Shown here one piece after another: positions 39,280 to 55,249 of a stretch of 64,000 nt of DNA. The stretch lies in assembly GCA_964016885.1 (NCBI GenBank), contig OZ024763.1:1426001-1490000 (forward strand). Reading direction: 5' to 3'. How positions within the stretch are numbered: the first letter of the stretch is position 1; each line of letters begins with the position of its first letter. The notes under the pieces are model-generated. The model did no database searches and was not told the origin of the DNA. It saw nothing but the letters and a program-made list of their open reading frames with translations. Origin of the DNA: Eledone cirrhosa. Lineage: Eukaryota. A program made the position numbers and the translations under genes.

Positions 39280-39665
39280 CTACTATGAGCAAATGGGGAC
39301 CCACGCACTCGCGGCCACGGCGGTCAGTATAGAGGAGGCGTTTCCCTGGGGGATGGTCAGGGGGATACGCTGGAAGAGTCATTCCATCTCACGAGGCTCA
39401 CACCTCGGGCCAAGGACACCAGAAGTCTCCACTGTTACGGGTAGCCAACTCCGTGGTGATGGTGGTGAGTAGGGAGGTGGTCCTCGGACCAAGGACGCCA
39501 GAAGTCTCCACTGTTACGGGTAGCCAACTCCGTGGTGATGGTGTTGAGTAGGGAGGTGGTCCTCGGGCCAAGGACGCCAGAAGTCTCCACTGTTACGGGC
39601 TCGACTGCGAACCTGTCGTAGAGCGACCGATATTTGGAGAGTTTACCCTCCTCAGCCCGAAGTAC
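39280..39665 (-). mobile_element. CRE-like 3' fragment with a ~73-bp unit repeated about three times
   Basis: AEEGKLSKYRSL...[10 protein letters not shown]. Confidence 0.8.
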
Positions 39666-39799
39666 GTTCTTTGTTGCAGTAATTCCAGCCAACATTCCCA
39701 GATCTTACGTTGGGAGTCATGTACGACATATCTTTACCATGTTGTCTGCAGGACGCGGCTGAAACACCGCTTAGACTCGGGTGTAGAGTCTGTCACCTT

Positions 39800-40045
39800 C
39801 TTTCTTTCGTTGTCTCATAGTCCTTCCACTTTCCTTTTTCTTCATTCGTTACCTTATAGTTCTTACTCTTTCCTTCCTTTCTTTCGTTGTCTCATAGTCC
39901 TTCCACTTTCCTTTTTCTTCATTCGTTACCTTATAGTTCTTACTCTTTCCTTCCTTTCTTTCGTTGTCTCATAGTCCTTCCACTTTCCTTTTTCTTCATT
40001 CGTTACCTTATAGTTCTTACTCTTTCCTTCCTTTCTTTCGTTGCT
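39800..40045. repeat. 77-bp tandem repeat x3
   Basis: ctttcgttg at 39804, 39881, 39958. Confidence 0.9.
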
Positions 40046-40720
40046 TTATAATCCCTTCTCTTTCCTTTCTTTCGTTGTCTAATAGTCCTCACAAGTTCCT
40101 TCCCTTTCTTCTTTCTTTGTCTAATAGTCCTTGCTCTCTCCTTCCCTTTTCCTCTCATTTACAGCATTTATAGTACTTCCCAATACTACTTTCTTTTTCT
40201 ATATGTTTAAAACTAAATATTAAATTATTATTTTTATGTAGTTTTATCCTAGAAATATATTTCAGTATTTTGAAATGAAATAATTTAAACTGAAAATAAC
40301 AAGGTTAAGGAATGTTTTTTGACATTTTTTCCGTGGGGGCACCGGCCAGACTGGGGTATAGTGTCTGCCCTTTCTTACTCCCTTCCTCACTTTATTTCGT
40401 TGCTTGAGTCTTTTTTTCTTTCCTTTTCCTTTTTGTCCCCTTTAAGTGTGTGTATGTGTGTGTGAGAGAGACTAGGTCTATGTCCCTTAACCTTGCCAAT
40501 CGTCTAAAAGTGATCGATATTTTATATTTCCCGACTTCGAGATATATATTTACTGAAGTTGAAGATATGGTGGTACTTATACACGAACGTGTCCCAGCAT
40601 GGCCGCCATTAATCCAGATAAGAATTAAAGAATATTTTACTATTTAAAATCATTGGCGAATATTGATGGGAATATCGTTCTGTCTTTCTTTGTACATCTT
40701 TATTTCTTTTAAAAGGTATG

Positions 40721-40761
<41 letters not shown>

Positions 40762-40772
40762 ACGCACACGCG

Positions 40773-40893
<121 letters not shown>

Positions 40894-40984
40894 TATATAT
40901 ATATGTTAGGTATGACTGGGACACTATGGAGATCAACTCATCGTAGTTTCAAATCTCTCTCTCTCTCTCTCTTTCTCTTTCTCT

Positions 40985-41821
40985 GTCAGAAAAGTTCCAG
41001 GACTGATGTCACAAAAGATTTATTTTAAACTAAGAGTTTTCTCTTTCAAAGTAATGCACTTTTCCATCCTTTTCTGCCACGCTTGCATGCACTCCTGGAA
41101 AGATTCTTCCAGGATCCTCCGCAGTTCCGTCGTCACGGCCTTTTTGATGTCGTCCACGTCTTCAGAACGGGTCCCCTCCGGGTCGTACTCGAAGATCCAT
41201 GACTCATCACCGGTGATGACTGTCCCTAGCATGTCTGGTTCGGTTTCAAGACGCTCAAGGATGTCCTGGCACACTTGCATGCGTTGACCCTTCTGGTCAT
41301 CGTTCAGCAGTTTTGGCACCATCTTCACGCAGACTTGATGTCCAAATCTTCAGTGAGAATCTTCCAGACGCTGTCCCGATTCATGCCCAGCTCATTTGCC
41401 ATCAGTCGAACAGTCAGCTGACGATCGCTACGCACCATCTGCCTGACACGCTCAACGTTGACCTCAGTCCTGGTTGTTGAGGGTCTTCCGCTCCTGGGGT
41501 CATCTTGCACCACTCAAAAACACGTGAGCGTGACATCGACTCATCTCCATATGCAGTAATCCCAGTGCTTCTGACGGAGTTTTCCCCAACCGTACCAGAA
41601 ACTTCAAGTTTGTTCGTTGCTCTGTGCTCATTGCTTGACGACCTGAAACAGAGGACATGTATATAAAATTATGAAGAAAGAAGTTTGATCGCTGCAGAGA
41701 GCTAAGATTACAGTTACATTCACCAGAGGGATTACTTTGAAGGAGAAAACTCTTAGTGTGAAGTTTGGGTTTGAAATAAATCTTTTGTGACATCAGTCCT
41801 GGAACTTTTCTGACACACCTC

Positions 41822-41824
<3 letters not shown>
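40985..41824 (-). mobile_element. Internally deleted mariner element with TIRs
   Basis: TIR gtcagaaaagttccaggactgatgtcacaaaagattta at both ends; QRTNLKFLVRLGKT, DDPRSGRPS, VPKLL, ITGDESW motifs; catalytic middle deleted. Confidence 0.92.
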
Positions 41825-41852
<28 letters not shown>

Positions 41853-42038
41853 AATTCTAGAAGAAACAGGGAAATGTTCCCCGCTTGTGCTTTCCCCTTA
41901 TTTCTAAAAACACACACCACACCACACACACACGAAAATGGCATGACAGATTTGATGTTACGAAATATTACTCCAGCCACTTCGGCGTAAGTTCAAACCT
42001 TACTGACTGACACACACGCACGCACGCGCACGCACGCG

Positions 42039-42187
<149 letters not shown>

Positions 42188-42655
42188 GAACAAATATTTA
42201 TTATAAGATTAAGGTATGAGTTTCACAAGCTCCCGTTGAGGGTGAAAGCATCGATTCTTTGCTTCAACTTTAATCTGTTCTTATTATATATTATTAGACC
42301 TTGCCTTTCATCCTTACGGGGTCGATAAAATAAAGTACCAGTAATGCACTGGGTATTTGCTGGCCTTGTGGCTAAAGTAGAAACAATTATATATATATAT
42401 ATTTGAAAAACGAAAACAATGACTTCACTTGTAGTTAGTGTTCTAAGCAATTTAATCTTATAATTTTATAATTTTGCTATATAAATCTACATAGTAAAAT
42501 CATAAAATTGTAAAATTATAAAATTAAATTTTGAATATACCTAACTGTACCAAGGATTTCACACATTTTCCTATATATATCTTACACATATCAAGCGTTA
42601 AACTAATATATCCCTTCCATATACTGTACCGAGTGTGTTGTTATTTCTGTTTACC

Positions 42656-42724
<69 letters not shown>

Positions 42725-42737
42725 ACACACCACACAC

Positions 42738-42828
<91 letters not shown>

Positions 42829-43965
42829 GTCCCCAAAAAGGAATACACACTTTTATTAGAATGCTGTTGATGTAAATGTATGTATATACGTATAGAGAAA
42901 TGAGGTCTTCTCGAGTTGAAGTTGCAGGCAATTACTGTGGATCCACTCTAGAGACATAAGAATCAATATCAAGATTTATTTCAACAATTCACCAGAATCT
43001 TCAGAAGCAGAAGAGATTTACCAGAAGAATAAACAAGGAAGACCTCTTGTAGAGGTGAGGTAGGTATGGCAGGGCTGAAAGAACTGCAGACATCATTGTT
43101 ACAGGTTCAAATTCACTGGAGAGCAATGTAAATCAAAGTGAAAATATATTTTAAAGGTAAGTTGAGGGAATAAAGCATGCCAGTGTTGAATCATTGTAAA
43201 CCATGTTGTGATAGGTTCAAATCTTCCTCAGAAGGGAGAGACACGAAATAAAGATTTAATTAAAGACACACACCTTTGACTTAGCAGTGGGAAAGGCATG
43301 AATGTCAACACTTCATGTTTTTCCGCGTAGGAGAAGGTAGGCTTAAAAGCAACGGGAAAGGCATGAACGCCAATACATCCTGTTTTCCACGAAGAAGAAA
43401 GTAAGTTTAAATATATCAATTTTCAACACCAATTTGTAGCTCTCGCGGTGGCTTAATGGTAAATACTGGAGGCTGCGGAGATTCTGATCGGGTTTCAAAT
43501 CTCGATCAAAGCCGAACCAGAAAAAAACTTTTTTTTTCCAAAAATAGTTTTATTAAACGTTAGTCAAGATCGAACGCAGATCAGCGTCTCCACACCACCT
43601 ACTACAATTTCTACATACCTTACCACTAGGCCACCGAGACAACTACTCAAAGTATATGAAAATTAATATTTATAAAGTTACATTCTATGAAAATAATAAT
43701 AATAAATAAAGGAAGTACAATATCCGCTGACCAAGATCGAAACCGTGTACGATCCTTACCAGAATTATAGGAAACTTCCTTAGCAACTGGACCACCAGCC
43801 AAGCCAAGAACTTTCCACCAAATTTATATATAAGAATAAATATGTTATATTGAAATTTTAATGAATCGTTTGCGTTGTTTTAAATTTAATCGGGAATCAA
43901 ATTATCATTTCTACAAATAGAGTCCTTAAATGAAAGAAAGATCGTTAATATAATATTGAAACCGC

Positions 43966-44035
<70 letters not shown>

Positions 44036-44149
44036 AGGGGCCAACCTGTGTGTGTGTGTAAAAAGTAAACAGAAAGCATCAAAGCAAACGACACAGTACT
44101 GAAGAAATATATTAGTTTAACGCTTGAAATAGATTCACACACATATGCA

Positions 44150-45556
<1,407 letters not shown>

Positions 45557-45830
45557 TTAGGGAGGGTCATATTTGTGTAATATTGCCAGAATTAATAACA
45601 GATATATATACATATATATATATATGTATATATGTGTGTGTGTGTGTGTATAAATATATATATGTATATATATAAATAAATAAATATATATATATAATTG
45701 TTTCTACTTTTGGCACAAGCCCAGCAATTATACCAGTGTATTACTGGTACTTTATTTTATCGACCCCGTAATAATATTAAGAAAGATACTGATGTTACAT
45801 AATAATTATAGATATATGTATATACATATT

Positions 45831-45861
<31 letters not shown>

Positions 45862-46392
45862 GTGTGTGTGTGTGTGCGCGTGTGTGTGTGTGTGTGTGTG
45901 TGCGCGTGTGTGTGTGTGTGTGTGTGTGTAGAAATATATACAATCTACTTTTTTAAAATTTTATTTCATATCTTTTGGTCTCAAAAATATCTCAAAAATC
46001 ATCTTTGACGTTCGTACTTGCATGATCAATAAAATAAAATACCAGTTATGAACTGGGTTCTATATAAACAACCTTTTACTCCTCTACAAATTGCTGGCCT
46101 TGTGCTTTAATTAGAGACAAAATGGCGTCCATATGTACTTGAGTATAAAACTCTAGGCATGCGCAATGGCCGCTAAACATTAGTCTGTTACACTGGGCGG
46201 GTGTTCTGTCCAAACTTGGAAGGAATTACCTATCAAATTTTTGGATTTTACAATGGATTTTACAATGTTTTACAAAGGATATTTACAATTTTATCAAAGG
46301 TAAAGTAAAGTTTTATATTACTTTCGTTTGGTTTTGTTAAACTTTTCATTTTTTTTTGTATTTGACCATATTTCTAATGAAAGAGATGTTTG

Positions 46393-46853
46393 TGTATTAT
46401 ATCTATAAGGTTCCCAGCAATAATAACGGTATATATTATATATGTATTATATCTATAAGGTTCCCAGCAATAATAACGGTATATATTATATATGTATTAT
46501 ATTTATAAGGTTCCCAGCAATAATACCGGTATATATTATATATATATTATATTTATAAGGTTCCCAGCAATAATAACGGTATATATTATATATGTATTAT
46601 ATCTATAAGGTTCCCAGCAATAATAACTGTATATATTATATATGTATTATATTTATAAGGTTCCCAGCAATAATAACTGTATATATTATATATATATTAT
46701 ATTTATAAGGCTTCTAGCAATAATAACTGTATATATTATATTTATAAGGCTCCTAGCAATAATAACTGTATATATTATATTTATAAGGCTCCTAGCAATA
46801 ATAACTGTATATATTATATTTATAAGGCTCCTAGCAATAACTGTATATATTAT
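46393..46853. repeat. 50-bp/39-bp tandem repeat
   Basis: tataaggttcccagcaataataac units shortening toward the 3' end. Confidence 0.9.
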
Positions 46854-48039
46854 TCGTGTGTATATATTCATTCTGTGAGAATTATAAACAAATTGTAATG
46901 TTATTTATACAACTGAAAAAAAAACAAACATATATGACAAGATGTTTTAACATAAAATACTTATTTATTCACTACACAAAACTCATGAAAAGCCATTGAC
47001 GTTGTATAAAAATATTTCTCTTTGATTATATATTGTTGTATATATGTTGTATTTATGGGGTCCCTAGCAATAATTAATTGTATTTATTATTTGTTAATAT
47101 TTTCATTCTATAAGAATTGTAAACAATTTGTAACGTATTTTATTTTGATATCAGAAAGAAAGATAAAAGCAAAATTAAGTTATACAAAAATATGAGAGGA
47201 GTAACGGTTGTATGGGAGAATAGAGGAAAGGACTATGAAAGACATAAAAGAGGGGGAAAGCAAGGACCCTCGGGCTATAGAAGGGATATGGAAAAGGTCA
47301 TCAGCTCCGGGCCTAGGGCGCGGCAGAGTTGGATCGCCGCCACGCAGACAAGACCGCAAAAACGTTATATATAAACATGTTAACTATATTTTACAAACAG
47401 AAGTTATACAATGATAGAAATATTATATTTCCATAACTTCTGTTTGTAAAATATAGTCGACATAATGTTTATGTATAACAGATATCAAAATAATATAAAA
47501 GCCATATAGAAACAATTAAGAAAAACAAATTTGTAACGTTATTTATACAACTGTGAAACAAAAACTATATGTACAATGTTTTGATGTTTTGATATAAAAG
47601 ACTTATTTAATCAATCTACAAAATCTCTGTCATAAAAAGCCACTGACAATATATAACAACAATTGAACAGTATTTAATAAAAACAAAACAATATTACAAA
47701 CCTTCCGTTAAGGGCTTTTGATGGTTTAAACCCCTCCAATAACGTTGAGACTTCCAATAATGTGGAAAATAATTTGTTTCAATATACTTGATCTTTGGTT
47801 TTTACTACATTGATATTTTTATTGACTGTAAATATGTTAGTATGATCGTGTCTTTAATTAGTATGTTAGTAATATGTTAGTATGATCGTGTCTTTAATTA
47901 GTATGTTAGTAATATGTTAGTATGATCGTGTCTTTAATTAGTATGTTCGTAATATGTTAGTATGATCGTGTCTTTAATTTCTTTTGTTGTCTCGTATCGG
48001 TGATAAAAAAGCATAAGTTAATAATAATAGTAATAATAA

Positions 48040-48800
48040 TTGTTGTTACTTTTGGCACAAGGTCAGCAATTATCCCAGTGTATTGCTGGTACTTAGTAAC
48101 AATAACACACATATACAGTATTTATACTTAATTCCCCACCTCAAAACTGTAATAGAAGTCTTGTATTAAAAGGAACAAAAATAGAAGAAAAAATATATAT
48201 TTGTATAGCAGTTTTATTTTCTGGCTGTTTTGTCAAAGCTAACCTCGGTGGGATTTGAACTCAAACATGAGCTAATAATAATAATAATGATTTCTAGTAT
48301 AGGCACAAGGCCAGTAATTTGGGAGCAAAGGAACATCGACTAAATCAACCCCAGTGTATTACTGGTACTTTATTTCATTGATCTCGTAAGGATGAAAGGT
48401 AAAGTTAACCTCGGTAGGATTTGAACTCGGATCCTAAAGGGTTGTAATGAGTTAATAATAATAATGGTTTTTGATTTAGGCAGAAGGCCAACAATTTTAG
48501 GGGAAGGGAAAGGCGATTAAATCGATCCCAGTGTATTACTGGTACTTTATTTTGACCCCCGTTAAGATGAAAGGCAAAGCTAACCTCAGCAGGATTTGAA
48601 CTCAGATCGTAAAGAGACGTAGTGAGCTAATAATAATAATGGTTTCTTATATAGGCACAAGGCCAGCAATTCTGGGGGAGGGGAAAGTCAATTAAATCGA
48701 CCCAGTGCGTGACTGGTACTTTATTTTATCGACCCAATAAGGATGAAAGGCAAAGGTAACCTCGACGGGATTTGAACTCAGATCGTAAAGGGCCTTGATG
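48040..48800 (-). mobile_element. Tandem cluster of SINE copies
   Basis: Three to four head-to-tail copies separated by (AAT)n tails. Confidence 0.85.
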
Positions 48801-50779
48801 GAGTAACAATAACACATGTACAGTATATATAGTTAAGCCCCCACTCCAAAAGTGTAACAGAAATCCTGTAGTAAAAGGATCAGAAAATGAAGAAAATAAT
48901 GTAAAACTATTTAAACAGCAGTTTCTGTTTTTCTCAATGTTTTGTCTTTCATTAGAAACCTTTAACGTAGAATGTTTTACCAGTTATATACCCGGGGTCC
49001 AAAACGGTCCAGTGATTTCTTCCTAGAAACAGTATTTCAAACTGTTTAATTCTACACAAACCGTTTCTCAAGTCAAAGGGGTCAGTTACTAACGTCACTG
49101 TTTCAAACATCCTTCGTACCCGCCAAACATGAAGCGAAGGTTTCACTGCCAAATTCTCAGAATAGTCCGAGAAATTATTATTTTTAATTTTGTATTTTTT
49201 ATCTGTTAATTATTTTGTTTTAAAATATTCAAATATGTTTCTAAGATAAAAATAATAATTTAATATTTAGTCAAAGATATAGAAAAAGAAAGTAGTATTG
49301 GAAAAGACTATAACTGATATTCATTCCGGCTCTCTGAGATCAAATCCCACTGAGGTCAACTTTGCCGTTCATCCTTTCGAGATCGATAAAAAAGTACCAG
49401 TCTCGTACTGGGTCGATTCTTCCTCCTTCTGGAAGAAATCTGCTGTACTCAGTGTGGGAGAGGGATCGGCATCGCCAGGCTTAAAATGTCAATACGGTGC
49501 CCCTACGACTCTATCAGGAGTTACGGCACCATACATACTTACATACATAATGGCTGCCCCCTCGTTATCGAGTATGGCTATTGCACGATATACCATTATT
49601 AATAATTATTAATTAAGTCTATCGTGCAATGCCTGTGCGTGAAGATATTTTTTTAAAGTGAGGAATGACTGTGCACTGAGCCAATCCCACTCTCTGAGCG
49701 ACAGAAGCTATAACCCGAAAAGAAGAAAAGATCAACATCATTAGTAACTACTGAGCCGCAGGTTTTATATCGGAGGTATCCCAGTTTCCTGAGTTGCCTT
49801 CTCATAGAAGAATGCCCTGACAAAGGCTAGGGGTCTTTCACTCCCAGTGGTTTAACAGCGCGGTATATGTGTATATACATATTTACACACTTTCGAATGG
49901 CCGTTGACTCTTATAAGTTCTTCCGCCCTTTGTCAGGTTTTGTTTTTTGTCCTGTAGAGTGTCCAAAATCACCCTCCTCACCAAGTAAACTTGGCGGGGT
50001 TGCCGGTTTAGTCGCCGACGACCCGACCATGCGACAGGTTGTACTGGGTTACATGTTTCCAGTAGCACTCAAGAGTGACCCGACATACATACATACATAC
50101 ATACATACATACAGGCTGCAAGCTATGTTAAGAGTACTGCAATTGCTTGTCAGATTACAGAACATTGTGCACTTTTAGGTTTACGGCCAGTCACACGAAC
50201 CTGTAACATATCCTGAACAAGCAATGCCTGTGCTTTGAAGGTTGTTTAAGTGTACATACATACATAGCAATAGTATTACTAGGTACTACAGCTGACTTAG
50301 ATGCAATAATATAACCAAAGTCATGAAATTTAAGCCACAAAGATGAGGATTTCAAAATATTGAAATATATTTCAAAGATAAAAGTACATAAAAATAATAA
50401 TTTAATATTTAGTCAAACACAGAAAATGAAAGTAATATTGGAAAGTACTATAAATGCTATAAAAATTATAAAGAATTTAATATTTAGTCAAATATAGAAA
50501 ATGAAAGTAATATTGAAAAACACTAAAAATGCGATAAAAATAATAAAGAATTTAATATTTAGTCAAACATATAGTAAAAAGAAAAGCAGTATTGGAAAGC
50601 ACTATAAATGCTATAAATGAGAGGAAAGAAGGAAAGAGAAAGTATAGATCAAAGAAGCTGTGTATCTCTTTTATATTCTGTCCTACTTTGTCCAGTTTAA
50701 TGTTCCGTCATTCGAACAGTTTTTTTGTTTTTTTTTACCATTAAATAGGTTTATTTACAATAGTTTATAACTTTGCTTA

Positions 50780-51070
50780 TTAATCCGTATGGTGAGCAAA
50801 TGGGGTCCCACGTGCTGGCCTCCCCCACAGTCCCGGCGGACAGGATGGAGAAGGCGTTTCCCCGAAGGATGGTAAGGGAGATGCGCTGGAAGAGCCACTC
50901 CAACTCGCGAGGCTCACACCTGCGGCTGGCCAGCTCAGCGCCTATGGTGGTGAGTAGGGAGGTAGCCCTAGGGCAAATGACACCAGAAGTCTCCACTACT
51001 ACAGGTAACCAGGTCTGTTCCTATGGTGGTGAGTAGGGAGGTAGCCCGAGGGCCAAGGACGCCAGAATCT
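50780..51070 (-). mobile_element. CRE-like 3' fragment
   Basis: [47 protein letters not shown]. Confidence 0.82.
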
Positions 51071-51371
51071 TTCCTTATCATTTCAGATGATTGCCTCCAC
51101 TGGCCGGGACCTCCGGTTGATATTTGGGACCAGTTTTTACTGCCCCCTTACAGAGGTGTAACTAGGGTATAGCAAGCATGACACGTGCCATGGGGGCGCC
51201 ACTAAGGACTAGGAGCACTTTCTATTAAAGTCAAATAAGCTATATCGCCAGAGAGCGAAGTGAAAATAGAAACTCTTTCAGAAGCATGATCTGTCTTTGA
51301 TTATCATGGCTGAGAAGAAACACTGTGGTGGCTGGACCATTAAACCATGTATATAAATTATTAGGCCTCCA

Positions 51372-53442
51372 TAGGTGCTGGGAACTACATTACTACAGAG
51401 GCTGGGAACTACATGACTACAGAGGCTGGGAACTACATGACTACAGAGGCTGGGAACTACATGACTACAGAGGCTGGGAACTACATGACTACAGAGGCTG
51501 GGAACTACATGACTACAGAGGCTGGGAACTACATGACGACAGAGGCTGGGAACTACATGACGACAGAGGCTGGGAACTACATGACTACAGAGGCTGGGAA
51601 CTACATGACGACAGAGGCTGGGAACTACATGACGACAGAGGCTGGGAACTACATGACGACAGAGGCTGGGAACTACATGGCTACAGAGGCTGGGAACTAC
51701 ATGGCTACAGAGGCTGGGAACTACATGGCTACAGAGGCTGGGAACTACATGGCTACAGAGGCTGGGAACTACATGGCTACAGAGGCTGGGAACTACATGG
51801 CTACAGAGGCTGGGAACTACATGACTACAGAGGCTGGGAACTACATGACTACAGGTGCTGGGAACTACATGGCTACAGAGGCTGGGAACTACATGGCTAC
51901 AGAGGCTGGGAACTACATGGCTACAGAGGCTGGGAACTACATGGCTACAGAGGCTGGGAACTACATGGCTACAGAGGCTGGGAACTACATGGCTACAGAG
52001 GCTGGGAACTACATGGCTACAGAGGCTGGGAACTACATGGCTACAGAGGCTGGGAACTACATGACTACAGAGGCTGGGAACTACATGACTACAGAGGCTG
52101 GGAACTACATGACGACAGAGGCTGGGAACTACATGGCTACAGGTGCTGGGAACTACATGGCTACAGGGGCTGGGAACTACATGACTACAGGGGCTGGGAA
52201 CTACATGACTACAGGGGCTGGGAACTACATGACTACAGAGGCTGGGAACTACATGGCTACAGAGGCTGGGAACTACATGACTACAGAGGCTGGGAACTAC
52301 ATGACTACAGAGGCTGGGAACTACATGGCTACAGAGGCTGGGAAGTACATGACTACAGAGGCTGGGAACTACATGGCTACAGAGGCTGGGAACTACATGG
52401 CTACAGAGGCTGGGAACTACATGGCTACAGGGGCTGGGAACTACATGGCTACAGGGGCTGGGAACTACATGACTACAGAGGCTGGGAACTACATGGCTAC
52501 AGAGGCTGGGAACTACATGACTACAGAGGCTGGGAACTACATGGCTACAGAGGCTGGGAACTACATGACGACAGAGGCTGGGAACTACATGACTACAGGG
52601 GCTGGGAACTACATGACTACAGAGGCTGGGAACTACATGACTACAGAGGCTGGGAACTACATGGCTACAGAGGCTGGGAACTACATGGCTACAGAGGCTG
52701 GGAACTACATGGCTACAGAGGCTGGGAACTACATGGCTACAGAGGCTGGGAACTACATGGCTACAGAGGCTGGGAACTACATGGCTACAGAGGCTGGGAA
52801 CTACATGGCTACAGAGGCTGGGAACTACATGGCTACAGGTGCTGGGAACTACATGGCTACAGAGGCTGGGAACTACATGGCTACAGAGGCTGGGAACTAC
52901 ATGGCTACAGAGGCTGGGAACTACATGGCTACAGAGGCTGGGAACTACATGGCTACAGAGGCTGGGAACTACATGGCTACAGAGGCTGGGAACTACATGA
53001 CTACAGAGGCTGGGAACTACATGGCTACAGAGGCTGGGAACTACATGGCTACAGAGGCTGGGAACTACATGACGACAGAGGCTGGGAACTACATGACTAC
53101 AGGGGCTGGGAACTACATGGCTACAGAGGCTGGGAACTACATGGCTACAGAGGCTGGGAACTACATGACGACAGAGGCTGGGAACTACATGACTACAGGG
53201 GCTGGGAACTACATGACTACAGAGGCTGGGAACTACATGGCTACAGAGGCTGGGAACTACATGACGACAGAGACTGGGAACTACATGGCTACAGAGGCTG
53301 GGAACTACATGACGACAGAGGCTGGGAACTACATGGCTACAGAGGCTGGGAACTACATGGCTACAGAGGCTGGGAACTACATGGCTACAGAGGCTGGGAA
53401 CTACATGACTACAGAGGCTGGGAACTACATGGATACAGAGGC
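51372..53442. repeat. 2.1-kb minisatellite, 21-bp unit ctacagaggctgggaactacat(g)(g/a), ~98 copies
   Basis: Strict 21-bp phase with substitution variants and no visible indels. Confidence 0.97.
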
Positions 53443-53589
53443 ATACCTCATAGTATGACTTGTTAAATATTTTAATACGGTCTAATATTTGTCAAAGAAC
53501 AACATTACACAGACAGCTCCCTTTAAATACACTCTATTTTAATAGCCTAATACTTGCCAAAGATTAGTTTACACAGATCTAATGGCTGT

Positions 53590-53850
53590 CTTAAGCTAGA
53601 AGCTTCGTTAGACCGGTACTTATGCCGGTTTCATGGCATGAAGCGATTGAAAGTGCAAGACTCCCTCCTGGACAGAACGCCAGTCCATCGCAGGGTTAAA
53701 CTCCCAGTTATTACTTGTACTCATTTTCAGCTGAGTATACTGGAGCAATGTGCAATGAAGTGTATTGCTCAAGAACACAGCACACAACCCAACCCAGGAA
53801 TCGAACCCCCGACATTATGATCGTAAGTCCAACACCCTCACCACTTGTCA
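53590..53850 (-). mobile_element. Second SINE family (CORE-like domain); another copy at ~32040-32180
   Basis: ctggagcaatgtg..aagtgt..tgctcaagaa(ac)acagcac...aatcgaacc on plus. Confidence 0.65.
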
Positions 53851-54261
53851 AATATTTTAATAGGGATCCAATATTTGCCGGGGTGCAATTTCACTGCTTT
53901 CCTTAGGCGGTATTTTCTCCAGTTACACCCCCGAGCCCATATAATATAAAAATAGGGGTCTTCACTACAATGAGTGACATGACAAAGAAACTCGTTCGTA
54001 GATGTCAAGATGCCAACAGTTTTATGTCAACATTGAGTTCTCAGTGGCCCGGCTTCTCAAATGGTGTAGAGACTGTTTGGGGGCCTAATTTGTACCATAG
54101 CTGAAATTCTCTTCTGTCTCTTTCCTCCCTTAATAGTAACTTACCTTCGGCTACTGTAAACACGCCCTTATAAACTGGGTGGCTGGGTGGTACACCCCCC
54201 CCCCTCCAATTTGCTTCACTACGTCCCTGTTCACATTAACTCACTCACTCACTCACTCACT

Positions 54262-54299
<38 letters not shown>

Positions 54300-55249
54300 T
54301 GTATGTCTGTAGGGTTTCGGAGGGGGGGGGGGAGAATGTAGACCCACCACTACTAAATACCTATATTTATAATTGTTTTGATATCGATCAGTTCAAGTTC
54401 CAATCATGATTGAAACGAAACAATTGTAACTTGCCAATAAAGTTTATATATAGACTGCAACAGTGACTTCGATCTTTCTAACTTTATCTACTATCTTTAC
54501 TCTGCACACTGCACACTACAGCTGCCTTAACTCTGGAACACAACACAACACAACACGAGACCTCGTAACAGCATCGAGTGCTTCAAACGGTGCACCGCCT
54601 GTAACTGTTGTTACGCACACAAACACACACACACACACAAACGCACGCACACACACGCACAAACACGCACGCATGCGCACGCGCACGCAAACACACAAAC
54701 ACACACACACGCACACACATAGAAAAACACACGCACGCAAACACACACAAACAATCTATATCTTATATAAAATAAAGCTACATATAATAACTTTATACAT
54801 ACATACATATCATCCTCGTGGCGTGCTGGTTGCATTTATCGCGACGACGACTCTTTCTTAATCCGTTTTGGTTGACCATTGCTCCTGTCAAGTCCTCCAG
54901 ATTACATTCCTTATCCTTACACAGTTGTTTGGTAGATGTAGGTTCTGTGGTGACTGCCCACACTGGAACGCCCATATTTTGGTGTCCATAACAACACATC
55001 GCAGACAATTTCATCCGTGGGTCTCTACCAGTGTCCCCCAAATTTGGTTCGTCTCTCTCTCTCGGATCCAACCTTCCACCGCTAAGGGGCTGTTGGGAGC
55101 TTAAGTCTCCAACCAAAAATTTGTTTCAATATAATTGTGCTTTGGTTTTCCCTCCACTGATTTTCTATAGACTCTAAATATGTTAGTATGATCAGGTTTG
55201 TCATTTCTTTCTTAGTCTTGTATTGGTGATAAAAAAACGGTGAGAAAAT

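Noticed and set aside
47285-47312. CTGATGA on the minus strand as a hammerhead
   Set aside because: No GAAA after the potential stem II.
51325-53466. 713-aa and 681-aa repeat ORFs as genes
   Set aside because: No signal peptide, unique domain or splice support; variants are non-synonymous in either frame. Kept only as a low-probability note.
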